A stretch of DNA of 64,000 nt, from sequence record SRR33789315_82; one strand, written 5' to 3'. Positions 9,891-20,440 of this stretch are shown here, in pieces (within the stretch, counting starts at the first letter, position 1; every line of letters begins with the position of its first letter). Both the position numbers and the translations under genes were made by a program. The notes under the pieces were generated by a model. It did not search any database. It saw nothing but the letters and a program-made list of their open reading frames with translations, and was not told the DNA's origin.

Positions 9891-12302
9891 CTATTCTATA
9901 GAGAATCTAAAATTTTCACCTTTCTTTAATAGTACTAATCTTTCGTCATCTTTATATTTAATTTTCACAGTTTGAACTTCGGAAGAATAAATTTTAGCAA
10001 AGAGCATTTTTCCATTTTCCCATTCAATATCAACCGTTGTTCCTCCCCTTGCTTTTAAACCACTTACCTTGCCAGTTGGCCAGGTTTTGGGTAAAGCGGG
10101 GAGCAACTCAATAACCCCAGTATGACTCTGCAAAAGCATTTCTGCTATACCAGCCGTAGAGCCAAAATTAGCATCTATTTGAAAAGGGGGATGTAGACCA
10201 AATAAATTGGGGGCCACACTTTTAGACAAAACTACTTCTAAACTTTTCTTTGCTTTATCACCCTCATGTAAACGAGCATATTGATTGATCAACCAAGCAG
10301 CACTCCATCCGGTATATCCACCTCCGTGTTCTACCCGATAATCCAATGATTTTTTTGCAGCTTCCGCCAATTTTGGTGTTTCTTTTATATTAATTTGAGA
10401 ACCCGGATGTAATGCGAATAGATGAGAAATATGACGATGCCCAGGTTCAACTTCCTTAAATTCTTCAGCCCACTCCATTAGCCTACCATCAGAAGCTATC
10501 TTCGTTTCAGAAAGGTTGTTTTTTGCCTTTCTGACTTGGCTAATAAACTCCCCATTCTTTCCCAGTTCTTCTGAAGCATCCAAAAAATCGGAAAAAAGTT
10601 GGTAAATTACTTGTTGGTCATGAGAAGGTCCCATACTTATTTGACTTTTGCTACCATCAGGCGCAATAAAAGTATTTTCTGGAGAAACTGCTGGTCCTGA
10701 AACTAATTTCTTTGTTCTAGGATTTTGGACAAGCCAATCCATATAAAATTCAACCGAACCTTTTATCACTGGATACATTCTTTCTAAAAACTTCTTATTT
10801 CTTGTATATGTATAGTGTTGCCAAATAAGGGTTGTTATCCACGCACCTCCAGCAGTATGCATTCCCCAAGAGGCACTTTCTCCCGGTGAGGTATATCCCC
10901 ATACATTCGTTATTGGGTGAACTACCCACCCCTCGCTTTGATATTGGATTTTGGCGGTTTTCTTACCGGGTTTTACCAATGACTCTACCAGATCGAACAA
11001 AGGAAGATGCATTTCAGGCAGATTAGTAATTTCCGCAGGCCAGTAATTCATTTGAATATTTATGTCTGTGTGATAATCTCCATTCCAAGGGGATTGGGTT
11101 TTATTAGTCCAAATGCCCTGTAAGTTAGCGGGCAATGTTCCTGGTCTGGATGATGAAATTAATAGGTAACGGCCATATTGAAATATTAGTTCTTCGAGAT
11201 GAGGATCATCTTTGGTAACTTTATAATTTTTTAGCCTCTTTGACGTAGAAACAGGTTCGATTGTTTTGGGAGTTATATCAAATTTGACCCTTCTAAAATA
11301 TTGTTGATAATCTTTTTTATGGGCACTTAACAAGTTTAGATATTCTTTATTTACCGCCTTTTCAATATTCTGATGGGTAATCTTCTTGTAGTCTCTTCCC
11401 TTATAATTTGGATAATCTAATAAATAATTAGTGGATGCAGAAAGATATAAAATCACTTCATCTGCATCCTCAACAGTCAGATGCGAGTCTTCATAACGTA
11501 TTTTACCATTTTTAACCTCAGCTTTCAATCTTGCCATATATTCCAGTCCGGTGCCTCCTTTTCCATCAGGAAGAGCCCCAAACATTACCATCTGATTATT
11601 TTTGACAATGGTTCTGTATTTTTCTGGTCTTGTCATTGTACTTGTAAAGGAAATAGCTCCTGGCTGATCTGCTGTAAATCTTGCTACCATTACCTGATCC
11701 GGATAACTAGTAAAAATTTCCCGTTCATAATTAACTCCCTCCTGTGAATAACTCACCCTGACGACAGCGTCTTCTATGTCTAGTTCGCGCCGATAATTTT
11801 CATAGGGGGACTGCTTCCCATTACTAATCCAAAGATCTCCCAATGTTTGAAAGCTCCCAAAAGGAATTTCGGCTCCCATACCATGGCCAGAACCTTTGCC
11901 AATCGATACCTGAGTCTTGTTAGTAAGTTCAGTAGCCTCTTTATATTTTCCTTCAAATAGCAATTGCCTTATCTGGCCTAGGGCTAAATGAGCTTGCGGA
12001 TTGTTGTTTTCAGCAGGACTTCCAGACCACATGCTTTCCTCGTTCAACTGTATTCTTTCGATGTTTACATCCCCGAATACCATTAAACCCAAAGAACCAT
12101 TACCCAATGGTAAAGCTTTTAACCATTCAGGATCATCATTATATCCTTCCCTTGGGACATCAATAGAGCGTGAATTAGCCGGGCTATCATACCACAATTT
12201 CAATGCAGTTTGAATTGGTTTTTCAGGATTGCTATTTTGGGCATCACAGACATACCCAACAATCAATGTGAAAATAATGGCATAGAATGAAAAATATTTC
12301 AT
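9891..12302 (-). CDS. GH95 alpha-1,2-L-fucosidase / alpha-L-galactosidase
   Basis: ALPLGNGSLG, QYGRYLLISSSR, PANLQGIW, NIQMNYW, HRHISHL, FQIDANFG. Confidence 0.93.
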   Translation of the reverse strand: MKYFSFYAIIFTLIVGYVCDAQNSNPEKPIQTALKLWYDSPANSRSIDVPREGYNDDPEWLKALPLGNGSLGLMVFGDVNIERIQLNEESMWSGSPAENNNPQAHLALGQIRQLLFEGKYKEATELTNKTQVSIGKGSGHGMGAEIPFGSFQTLGDLWISNGKQSPYENYRRELDIEDAVVRVSYSQEGVNYEREIFTSYPDQVMVARFTADQPGAISFTSTMTRPEKYRTIVKNNQMVMFGALPDGKGGTGLEYMARLKAEVKNGKIRYEDSHLTVEDADEVILYLSASTNYLLDYPNYKGRDYKKITHQNIEKAVNKEYLNLLSAHKKDYQQYFRRVKFDITPKTIEPVSTSKRLKNYKVTKDDPHLEELIFQYGRYLLISSSRPGTLPANLQGIWTNKTQSPWNGDYHTDINIQMNYWPAEITNLPEMHLPLFDLVESLVKPGKKTAKIQYQSEGWVVHPITNVWGYTSPGESASWGMHTAGGAWITTLIWQHYTYTRNKKFLERMYPVIKGSVEFYMDWLVQNPRTKKLVSGPAVSPENTFIAPDGSKSQISMGPSHDQQVIYQLFSDFLDASEELGKNGEFISQVRKAKNNLSETKIASDGRLMEWAEEFKEVEPGHRHISHLFALHPGSQINIKETPKLAEAAKKSLDYRVEHGGGYTGWSAAWLINQYARLHEGDKAKKSLEVVLSKSVAPNLFGLHPPFQIDANFGSTAGIAEMLLQSHTGVIELLPALPKTWPTGKVSGLKARGGTTVDIEWENGKMLFAKIYSSEVQTVKIKYKDDERLVLLKKGENFRFSIE

Positions 12303-12343
12303 TTTCTTTGTGTTGTTTAAAGCGGTATGACGCAGAAAATCTC

Positions 12344-14002
12344 TTATCTCAATATTTTAATTTTACTATCTAAATAACTCGTTTTCTGATGTACAGGTAC
12401 AATTGCAATCCTAACCTTATGTTCAACTCCAGTCAATAGTTCTTTGGTTAGGAAGGTCTTTGTTACTCTTTCGAATGATTTGAGGGATGAAATTTTTCCA
12501 CTAGCTATTACCACATAAGCGTTATCTCTTACTAGTTCCACAATGATATCCGTGGGATTTGATTTCACCTGACCCAGATTTTGAACCTCAACTTCGATTT
12601 TCCAACCTTCTTTTACTCTTTTAAATATTGGTTTTCGGGCCGATAATTCTGGTTCTATGTAGGTAACCCCTGGTAAACGGGCATATCCGAAGAGGAGTTT
12701 TCCCTCATTCGATTTCCCCAGTAATTTACCTACAAAATTTTCTTCAGTTAACCCATTCCCATTGCCTTCAAAAGTGAGTATAATATCGGTTCCTGATTTA
12801 AAGGTCGTGCTCAATTTACTACCCCTTCCAAAATCTACTTCTTCCGGGGAACCAAAACGAACAGAACTCAAATCGATATCCTCCTGTGGGTTAAAACCTT
12901 TTTCAGCAATTACTTTAACCTTTATATTTTGTGTATTATTATTAATTTTGTCCTTTTGGATAATTTCAATTTGTCGGCCAGCCAATAAAGGAATACTAAT
13001 ATTTTTTGAGCTGTGATTATCGTTTCCTTTATCCTCACTTTTTAATACATCAATAACAGCAAAGTTTGCCTGTATTGCTCTTCCTAGATTATCCTGAAGG
13101 ATTTTAATGCGTTCATATTTAAACCAATCCACTCGCGTACCATCTTCATATACCGCAATACCTGGCATATAAGCCATTCCTGAATCTACTTTCCAGCGAA
13201 TTCCGTCTTTCGATCTTAAATAATATGCAATCCTTCCATACCAGTCATTTACTATCATATGGTACTGAATGTTATCCCGCCAGATTACAGGATCTTCAAA
13301 TCTACCGTCTACAGGAGGATAAACACTCTCTTGGGTTACCTGATAATAAGGTGAAATACCAGTTTGGCTTAACCATACTCCACCACCCCTGCAAACCATT
13401 AAGAATGATCCATCCTCGCGTTGTGCAAAAGTTAGGTTAGAAAGGCCTTCGATTATTGGCCTATCTCTTGGATCAAAATCAAATTTTTGTTTAATCCAAG
13501 GGCCAGATATACTTCGTGAAATGTAATACGCATCTATAACATAGATAACATACCTCCCATCACGTAATTGAAAAATTTCTGGATTATGCCCTGGCCCCAC
13601 AATATCTTTAAATTTATAGGGACCAATGGAATTGTCACATACCGCATGTATAACGGTGGAGTTTGGCCATTCCCAATGGCCTTTGCTGGAATCTTCACGC
13701 CAACGAGCAACAAATAAATGGTGTTTGCCATCATCTGTTACTGTGATATTTCCTCCCCAATAGGACCATTCTGGATCTTCAATACCGTTTTCAATATCAC
13801 GAGGAATTACAGTATCGGTACCCCAGGTTTCCTTTGTCAAAGAACCTTGGATTGGAATCGGAAGAAATAAATCCATAAATCTGCCTCCCTCTATTAAACC
13901 ATCCCATTCTTTAGGAATTTCTCGCTCAACTATTTGAGAATATATATTTGCTGTCGAGTTAAAAAATATAAATAAACAGATAATAAAAACTTTTATATTC
14001 AT
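12344..14002 (-). CDS. Secreted GH43/GH117-like beta-propeller glycoside hydrolase with C-terminal Ig-like domain, substrate unknown
   Basis: Signal peptide; WSYWGG, HLFVARW, GHNPEI, FEDPVIW, KYERIKI blade motifs. Confidence 0.6.
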   Translation of the reverse strand: MNIKVFIICLFIFFNSTANIYSQIVEREIPKEWDGLIEGGRFMDLFLPIPIQGSLTKETWGTDTVIPRDIENGIEDPEWSYWGGNITVTDDGKHHLFVARWREDSSKGHWEWPNSTVIHAVCDNSIGPYKFKDIVGPGHNPEIFQLRDGRYVIYVIDAYYISRSISGPWIKQKFDFDPRDRPIIEGLSNLTFAQREDGSFLMVCRGGGVWLSQTGISPYYQVTQESVYPPVDGRFEDPVIWRDNIQYHMIVNDWYGRIAYYLRSKDGIRWKVDSGMAYMPGIAVYEDGTRVDWFKYERIKILQDNLGRAIQANFAVIDVLKSEDKGNDNHSSKNISIPLLAGRQIEIIQKDKINNNTQNIKVKVIAEKGFNPQEDIDLSSVRFGSPEEVDFGRGSKLSTTFKSGTDIILTFEGNGNGLTEENFVGKLLGKSNEGKLLFGYARLPGVTYIEPELSARKPIFKRVKEGWKIEVEVQNLGQVKSNPTDIIVELVRDNAYVVIASGKISSLKSFERVTKTFLTKELLTGVEHKVRIAIVPVHQKTSYLDSKIKILR

Positions 14003-14187
14003 AATTTCATAAATAATCTTGTCTAATTTATAGTGACCTAATTTTTTCTTTATAAAGCTTATCTATTAAACTATAACCCCAGAACCTACACTTAATCTAC
14101 TTCATCTCAAAAGTTTTGATATCCTTTTGGAGTGCCTAAAATGAATCCGATGAAAATTTCTAAGTGTGGATGGCTCTTAAAACTATT

Positions 14188-15663
14188 TTAATAATCTGGA
14201 TTTTGCTCTAACTGACCTTGGCTTCTGTCAATTTCGGTTTGTGGCAAAGGCCAGTTATAGAATCGCTCCTCAAAATTATATGTAATTATTCCGTCGGTGA
14301 CATTATTTAATACTTCTTCAGCAATTCTCCATCGTTTGAGATCATAATAACGAAGTCCTTCAAACGCAAGTTCTATTCTTCTTTCATGTCTAATTGCTTC
14401 CCTCATTTCGTCCTTGCTAAATCCTTGTGAAATATCAGGCATTTCAACCCTATTTCTTACAGTATTAATAGCATCATGCACAGATTGATCAGGACCATTT
14501 ATTTCGTTCTGCGCTTCCGAATATAACAACAGTATATCCGAATAACGTATTACTACCCAATCCTGTTCACTTGGCGTCGCATAACTATATGGTATCAGAT
14601 CTGGACTAAGAAATTTTTTAACACCATAGCCTGTAGGCATATTATTTGAAGGAACTTGAATAGTCCCGTCAAAATCTATTTTATCAACAAAGATACTTTT
14701 TTCCAACCTAGGATCACCTTCCTCAAAAGCATCTACAAGATTTGGAAGAGGGCTTACTACGAGCCAATCACCGTACATAATATCCATACGATTTACATCA
14801 TTGGGAGCTAAATATTTTATAGAAAAAATAATTTCAGGATTTCCTTCCTGAGTACCCGTTTTAAACACATCCTCAAAATTAGGATCCAAACTATAACCTG
14901 AACTCATGATATCAAGAGCCAAATCTCTGGCTTCATTAAGAATATTTAAATCAGGATTACCATTGTCATCGTATGCTGCATACATAAGAGCCCTTAGTTT
15001 TATGGCCTGTGCTGATGATTTTTTTGCATGTCCGTTATACAATTCATCTGGAAGATTTTCAATTGCAAAATTCAAATCAGACAAACTTTGGATCAAAACA
15101 TCTTCCGAACTGGCTTTAGGCTGAATTTGGTTTTCAAGTGTAAGGGGTTGGGTAACAATTGGAACTGAACCATAGAAAAAGTATAATAAATAATAATAAT
15201 ACCCCCGAATAAATTTAGCCTCTGCTTCCATTAGATTCTTAGTATCCTGGTTTATGCTCGCCCCCTCATATTGATCAATTTGTTTTAAAAAAATATTGGC
15301 ACGGGCGATTCCCTCATAACTAACATTATAAATTTCAGATATATAACCCCCAAGTGATGGGGAAATATTACCCTGAACTATAGCTTGACTTGACCAATAA
15401 TTATGTTGCCCAAAAGCATTGTCTGTAAACACATCTAAATTTGGTGTGCCGGCAGCCAAAATTCCTCCAAAATCGTCCCAAAGAAAACCACTTTTTAAGC
15501 TACCATAAATTCCTGTAAGAGCCATTTCAAATTCCGATTCTGATTGCCAAAATTCTTGTGCCGATAGTTGATCTAATGGTTGTTTATCGAGAAAATCTGT
15601 TTCACAGCCTGAAATCCCTATGCCCAGTATTCCAATCAATGTAAAATAAATATATTTTTTCAT
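14188..15663 (-). CDS. SusD/RagB family lipoprotein
   Basis: Lipobox SGC, IRYSDILLLYSEA, ERRIELAFEGLRYYDLKRW, QNPDY end. Confidence 0.95.
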   Translation of the reverse strand: MKKYIYFTLIGILGIGISGCETDFLDKQPLDQLSAQEFWQSESEFEMALTGIYGSLKSGFLWDDFGGILAAGTPNLDVFTDNAFGQHNYWSSQAIVQGNISPSLGGYISEIYNVSYEGIARANIFLKQIDQYEGASINQDTKNLMEAEAKFIRGYYYYLLYFFYGSVPIVTQPLTLENQIQPKASSEDVLIQSLSDLNFAIENLPDELYNGHAKKSSAQAIKLRALMYAAYDDNGNPDLNILNEARDLALDIMSSGYSLDPNFEDVFKTGTQEGNPEIIFSIKYLAPNDVNRMDIMYGDWLVVSPLPNLVDAFEEGDPRLEKSIFVDKIDFDGTIQVPSNNMPTGYGVKKFLSPDLIPYSYATPSEQDWVVIRYSDILLLYSEAQNEINGPDQSVHDAINTVRNRVEMPDISQGFSKDEMREAIRHERRIELAFEGLRYYDLKRWRIAEEVLNNVTDGIITYNFEERFYNWPLPQTEIDRSQGQLEQNPDY

Positions 15664-15673
15664 GTTTATTATA

Positions 15674-18600
15674 TTAAAATTGTACGTTAAGGCCGAGAGA
15701 ATAAATTTTGTTCTGAGGATAATTTACGAAGGAACCACTTCCTCCTCTTTCCGGATCCAGACCGGGATAATCTGTGAATGTCAACAAATTGTCACCAGAA
15801 AAGGAAATTCTAAGTTTTTGTATATTCATTTTTTCCACAAAATCTCCTGTCACACTATAGCCTATGGTAAGATTTTTCAGCCTTAAATATGATGCATTCT
15901 GTAAGAAATAAGTGGAACTCCTAGACACTTTTTGTGGGGCATTGACACCCCAATAAATTTTTGGCATCGTAGAAGAAGGATTATCTTCTGTCCACCTATT
16001 CCTCCAATCTGTTGTTGGTGGTGATCCCTGAATAAAAGGAATGGTTCCCCAGCCATTAACAAGAATTTTTCTACCCTCAACTCCTTGGAAAAGAAAGGAA
16101 ATATCGAAGCCCTTCCAATTTGCGTTAAAATTCAATGCATACTCAAAGTTTGGATATTGTCCATCTATATAAGTCCTATCTTCATCATTTATAATTCCAT
16201 CCCCGTTTTGATCTTTAAACCTAAGGTCTCCGGGTTCAGTATTATCATTGTATTGTTTAGGAGCAGACTCTACTTCGGCAGTAGTCTGGAAGATTCCATC
16301 CCATTCTAACAGATAAAATGTATCCCAGGGAAGTCCTTCTTCTCTTATCGTTTCTGAACCTATTTCACGCTCACCAAAATCTACAAGCTTATTTTTAAAA
16401 TGATCAATATAAAAACCCACATTATAAGATAGATTCTCAAAAAATCCCGATTGGACATAATTATGATACTGAATATTAAATTCGATTCCAGTATTTTGCA
16501 TTGTACCACTGTTTACAATAGGAGAGTCCATTCCAACAACACCGGTTATCTGAGATGTTCTTAAAATATCTGAAGTTTTTTTTCTATACCAGTCAACGGT
16601 AATATCCAAACCTTTAAAAACTGTAAGATCAACTCCGACATCAGCAATCGTTGTAGTTTCCCAAGTTATATTTTGATTTGAAAGAGTTGTTTGGGCAACA
16701 CCTGATGATAAATTGGAATTGTCGAATGAATAATTCCCTGTTAAACTCAAAACACTCTGATATGGATAATTGCCAATATTTTGGTTTCCTAACTCACCAT
16801 AAGAGGTCCTTATTTTTAAATTATCCAACCAAGTTAAGTTAGCATTCTGAACAAAAGGTTCTTCTGTTATTCTCCAACCTGCAGAAACCGATGGGAAGGC
16901 ACCCCATCGACTATCGGTATGCAAACGGGAAGTCCCGTCATAACGCAAATTTAATTCCAGAAGATAACGTTCTTCATAATTATATCCTAAACGGCTAAAG
17001 AAAGACATAAGAGACCATTCATTAGTTGATCCCTTTGCATTCTGCACTGCAGGACTACCAGCATCCAATTCTAATAGATTATTACCAGAAAAATCCCTTC
17101 TATAACCATTTAGATATTGATATTCGTTATATTCCTGACTATACCCCACCTGAGCGGTGATATTATGACCAGAAAAAATTTCATTTTCATATTTCAAATA
17201 AGAAAACACATTAGTATAAATATTTTGCTCATCTTGAACTGCCAAACCTAAACCCCCAACATCTAGGTTAGTAGCATATTCCCCAGTGCGATAATTGTAT
17301 AAGGGCACAATAGGTTGCCAATCTTTCCACTTTGCGAAATTTCCAACAATTGCTGCCTTACTATACCAATTTATAGCAGAGTTTAATTTAATATCTGCCC
17401 ATCCTTGCACATTTACATTGTAATCTATAATTTGTCTTATAGCACCATTTTCTACGATGGCTATCGGATTTTTATTGTTGTATTCAAAATCATATGCCCT
17501 ATAAGCATATCGCCCATCGGGAAGGCGAGGCAGATATGTAGGAGCTTGAGCCATTATAGCTATAAACTGATCCTCAGCTCCTTGTCTCGGCGAGCTCCTT
17601 TTTCCTTTCTTAAAAGAAATATTTGAACCAATTTTTATACTTTTATTTATTTGTGAACCCAGATTAAAACGAAGGTTATATCTCTGATAATCGAAACCTT
17701 CCATGACTCCTTCTTGATCCACAAGACCCACGGACAAATTATAATTCGTCCCTCCTTTGCTGCCATTTACACTAAGATAGTGGTTTTGTACAATTGATGG
17801 ATTGAAAGCAATATCTACCCAATCTGCATTGGGGAATTCAACCCGATCTGTAGCATTTCTATAGGCATCTATTTCTGATTGGGGATACAAACCTGAAGTT
17901 ATACCTGTATTATTTTTTGCCTCATTCCATAATTCCATATATTCAGCCGAATCTGTTACAAGATCAAAAAGTTTAGTCGGTGTATGGATGGCAGTAGTAA
18001 AATTGTATTCTATATGAAATCCTTCGCCTGAACCGCTTTTAGTGGTAACTAAAAGAACACCATTGGCTGCACGTGAGCCATATATGGAGGCTGAAGCAGC
18101 ATCTTTAAGTACGGAAACATCTTGAATATTATTCGGATCAATATCTGATAGCTTCCCTTCAACACCATCAATCAAAACTAAAGGATTTGAGCCTGCTTCG
18201 CTAAAAGTACCTTGACCCCTTATTCTTACGGAAAGACCTTCATTTCCAGGTTCACCAGAATTTTGCACAATTCTTAATCCCGGAGCCTGACCTTGTAACA
18301 TAGAACCAGCATCTGTTACTGGTCTACGGGTGAGTTCTTCGCTATCAATTGTAGATACCGCTCCTGTCAGATTAACTCTTTTCTGTGTTCCATAACCTAC
18401 TATAACCACCTCATCTAAAGCTGATGTTTCTAGTTCTAAAGAAATATCTATTTGATTCCTCCCATTGACTTCTACTTCCCTAGAAGTATAACCCATATAA
18501 CTGATTACCAATGTGGTATTTTCGGGAACTTCGATAGTAAATTCTCCATCAAAATTTGTCATAGCACCATTTGAGGTGCCTTTTTGGATAATATTTGCAG

Positions 18601-18718
18601 CTGGTATAGGTATGCCTGAACCGGATTCAGTCACACTGCCATTAACCTTAATAGACTCCTGACTATATAAAGCTCCGCAAAGCATTAGAAAGGAAGTTAA
18701 TAATAAAAATTTTTTCAT
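15674..18718 (-). CDS. SusC/RagA TonB-dependent transporter (ATG at 18718 preferred over TTG at 18748)
   Basis: LDEVVIVGYG, VLKDAASASIYGSRAANGV plug motif, C-terminal F. Confidence 0.95.
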   Translation of the reverse strand: MKKFLLLTSFLMLCGALYSQESIKVNGSVTESGSGIPIPAANIIQKGTSNGAMTNFDGEFTIEVPENTTLVISYMGYTSREVEVNGRNQIDISLELETSALDEVVIVGYGTQKRVNLTGAVSTIDSEELTRRPVTDAGSMLQGQAPGLRIVQNSGEPGNEGLSVRIRGQGTFSEAGSNPLVLIDGVEGKLSDIDPNNIQDVSVLKDAASASIYGSRAANGVLLVTTKSGSGEGFHIEYNFTTAIHTPTKLFDLVTDSAEYMELWNEAKNNTGITSGLYPQSEIDAYRNATDRVEFPNADWVDIAFNPSIVQNHYLSVNGSKGGTNYNLSVGLVDQEGVMEGFDYQRYNLRFNLGSQINKSIKIGSNISFKKGKRSSPRQGAEDQFIAIMAQAPTYLPRLPDGRYAYRAYDFEYNNKNPIAIVENGAIRQIIDYNVNVQGWADIKLNSAINWYSKAAIVGNFAKWKDWQPIVPLYNYRTGEYATNLDVGGLGLAVQDEQNIYTNVFSYLKYENEIFSGHNITAQVGYSQEYNEYQYLNGYRRDFSGNNLLELDAGSPAVQNAKGSTNEWSLMSFFSRLGYNYEERYLLELNLRYDGTSRLHTDSRWGAFPSVSAGWRITEEPFVQNANLTWLDNLKIRTSYGELGNQNIGNYPYQSVLSLTGNYSFDNSNLSSGVAQTTLSNQNITWETTTIADVGVDLTVFKGLDITVDWYRKKTSDILRTSQITGVVGMDSPIVNSGTMQNTGIEFNIQYHNYVQSGFFENLSYNVGFYIDHFKNKLVDFGEREIGSETIREEGLPWDTFYLLEWDGIFQTTAEVESAPKQYNDNTEPGDLRFKDQNGDGIINDEDRTYIDGQYPNFEYALNFNANWKGFDISFLFQGVEGRKILVNGWGTIPFIQGSPPTTDWRNRWTEDNPSSTMPKIYWGVNAPQKVSRSSTYFLQNASYLRLKNLTIGYSVTGDFVEKMNIQKLRISFSGDNLLTFTDYPGLDPERGGSGSFVNYPQNKIYSLGLNVQF

Positions 18719-18939
18719 GAGTTTTTTATTAGTTAATAAAGAATACAAATTCTAAGGTTATTGCCTAAATTTTTCCGGATTTAATGTTAGGCCAACTTTA
18801 TAGTTATTGTGTTTTTCTTAAAAAGATGAGCCACAAAAATTACCTTTCGCTCTACTATATCGATATAGATAATTCTATAAATAAAAAAACATTATACCCT
18901 AAATGATAACATTCAGTGTCTTTAGTTTTTTATTAACAT

Positions 18940-19008
18940 CAAAAGTAAATAGGATTACAACACCATATTTGCACAATTTTTGCACAATCTTGCACTAGAA
19001 TTGCCAAA
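18940..19008 (-). promoter_or_regulatory. Bacteroidota -7 element TACTTTTG (18947-18940) plus four phased TTGCAC-like repeats upstream of susC
   Basis: + strand CAAAAGTA at 18940; TTGCACAA 18969, TTGCACAA 18980, TTGCACTA 18990, TTGCCAAA 19001. Confidence 0.55.
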
Positions 19009-19185
19009 CTGATTTTTAATAAAAAATTAATATTTATAAAGAAGCTTTTAAAACTCAAGAAGAAAAAGTGATGAGATGTTATATTTGACTCTAAAGTCAA
19101 CTACATAAGGAATAAAGAAGTAGCAATAGGGAAATGGTTGGAAGAAGAATGGCTCATTTAGATTTACAAGCCAATATTATATCTT

Positions 19186-20049
19186 TCATAAAGTTAACAC
19201 GTCAATAGTAGAAACCTGATATCTACTTGGGGATATTTTCATCAGTTTTTTAAAAGTACGATTGTAATAAGATAAACTATTAAACCCTGATTTATAACAT
19301 GCTTCAGATACTGTTTTGCGTGGTGTGCTTTCAAGTAGAATTTTACAGGAATAATTTATACGAGTTTCATTTAGAAAACTAATAAATGATTTACCTACAC
19401 TTTTTTTAAAGAAGCGACAAAATGCAGATTTATTCATTCCGGAAATTTCAGAAATCTCTTCTAGACTTATTTCTTGCTGAAAATGCAGCATTACATATTC
19501 TATTACTTTATTAATTCGCCTATCTGAAACATGAGCATGTCTTAACCAATTAATGCTTCCAAGAGTAATAAATTCTTTATAGCTAGAAAGTTTTAGTAAT
19601 AATAAATAAACCTTAATAGTATTTTCAGAGAGTGATGTTTCTTCTAGACTATCTAAAAGATCCAAAACCTCCAAATTCTGTTTACTCCTAAATAAAACTC
19701 CTCGTTTGCTAATATCCATTATATTTTTTAAAAAAGAAAATTCTGGCAAGTCAACAAAGTTATTATTTAGAAGTACCTCATTTATGTGAAAAACATATGA
19801 TTCCGAAAACTCTTCCTCCTCTTCTAATTTACTGTGAAACATATGAGGTACGTTCTTTCCTATTAAAAAAAGATCATTTTTCTGATAGTTTCCTATATAA
19901 TCACCTGCATAAATTGTACCTGTACCCTGTAAAATATAAACAATTTCAAGCTCTGGATGATGATGCCAAAGCTTTAGAAATTCCTTCTCCTTATGAAAAG
20001 AAAATTTTATGTTGCTGGATAGTCCCTTATGTAAATAATGCAACTTCAA
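19186..20049 (-). CDS. AraC family transcriptional regulator (cupin + double HTH)
   Basis: WHHHPELEI cupin; MNKSAFCRFFKK and SGFNSLSYYNRTFKK HTHs; TTG start. Confidence 0.92.
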   Translation of the reverse strand: MKLHYLHKGLSSNIKFSFHKEKEFLKLWHHHPELEIVYILQGTGTIYAGDYIGNYQKNDLFLIGKNVPHMFHSKLEEEEEFSESYVFHINEVLLNNNFVDLPEFSFLKNIMDISKRGVLFRSKQNLEVLDLLDSLEETSLSENTIKVYLLLLKLSSYKEFITLGSINWLRHAHVSDRRINKVIEYVMLHFQQEISLEEISEISGMNKSAFCRFFKKSVGKSFISFLNETRINYSCKILLESTPRKTVSEACYKSGFNSLSYYNRTFKKLMKISPSRYQVSTIDVLTL

Positions 20050-20417
20050 AATTATAATTTTAAGAATATAGCATAAAACAAAGGATTAAATTACTATTAT
20101 ACAAATTTTGTTATTAATATTTTCCTCTTCATAATTAAATGTTGACAATCCTAAAAACAATAATTACAATGGCAATTTTTTCTAAAAAAATGAAACCTAA
20201 CTATTACTACTACTATATTATTGCTTCAATTAACAAATATCCTACCATTCCTTTTCTTTTAAAAACTTCACTTTGTTTAAACCCGATTTCTATTTATCTT
20301 TATCTAGATTACAAATCAAACTAAACTATTGAGCATCAATTAATGTGGTAGTTAAACAGCCACTTCAATTATTTGACATCCTGAAATCCTTATAACCACT
20401 AAAATAAGTGAGTGAGG

Positions 20418-20440
20418 TTTGAATCCTTCCGAGGTCACAA
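20418..20440 (+). repeat. Left att core, 23 bp TTTGAATCCTTCCGAGGTCACAA (tRNA 3'-end fragment)
   Basis: Identical to 26885-26907; reads as T-loop TTTGAAT, T-stem CCTTC, acceptor strand CGAGGTC + A. Confidence 0.9.

Noticed and set aside
20139-20324. 61-aa ORF between araC and the att site
   Set aside because: Low-complexity AT-rich sequence (TAC repeats) in a probable promoter or island-end region
20360-20440. Intact tRNA at the left att site
   Set aside because: Only the T-loop and 3' acceptor strand are present; no GACCTCG 5' strand, D arm or anticodon arm upstream
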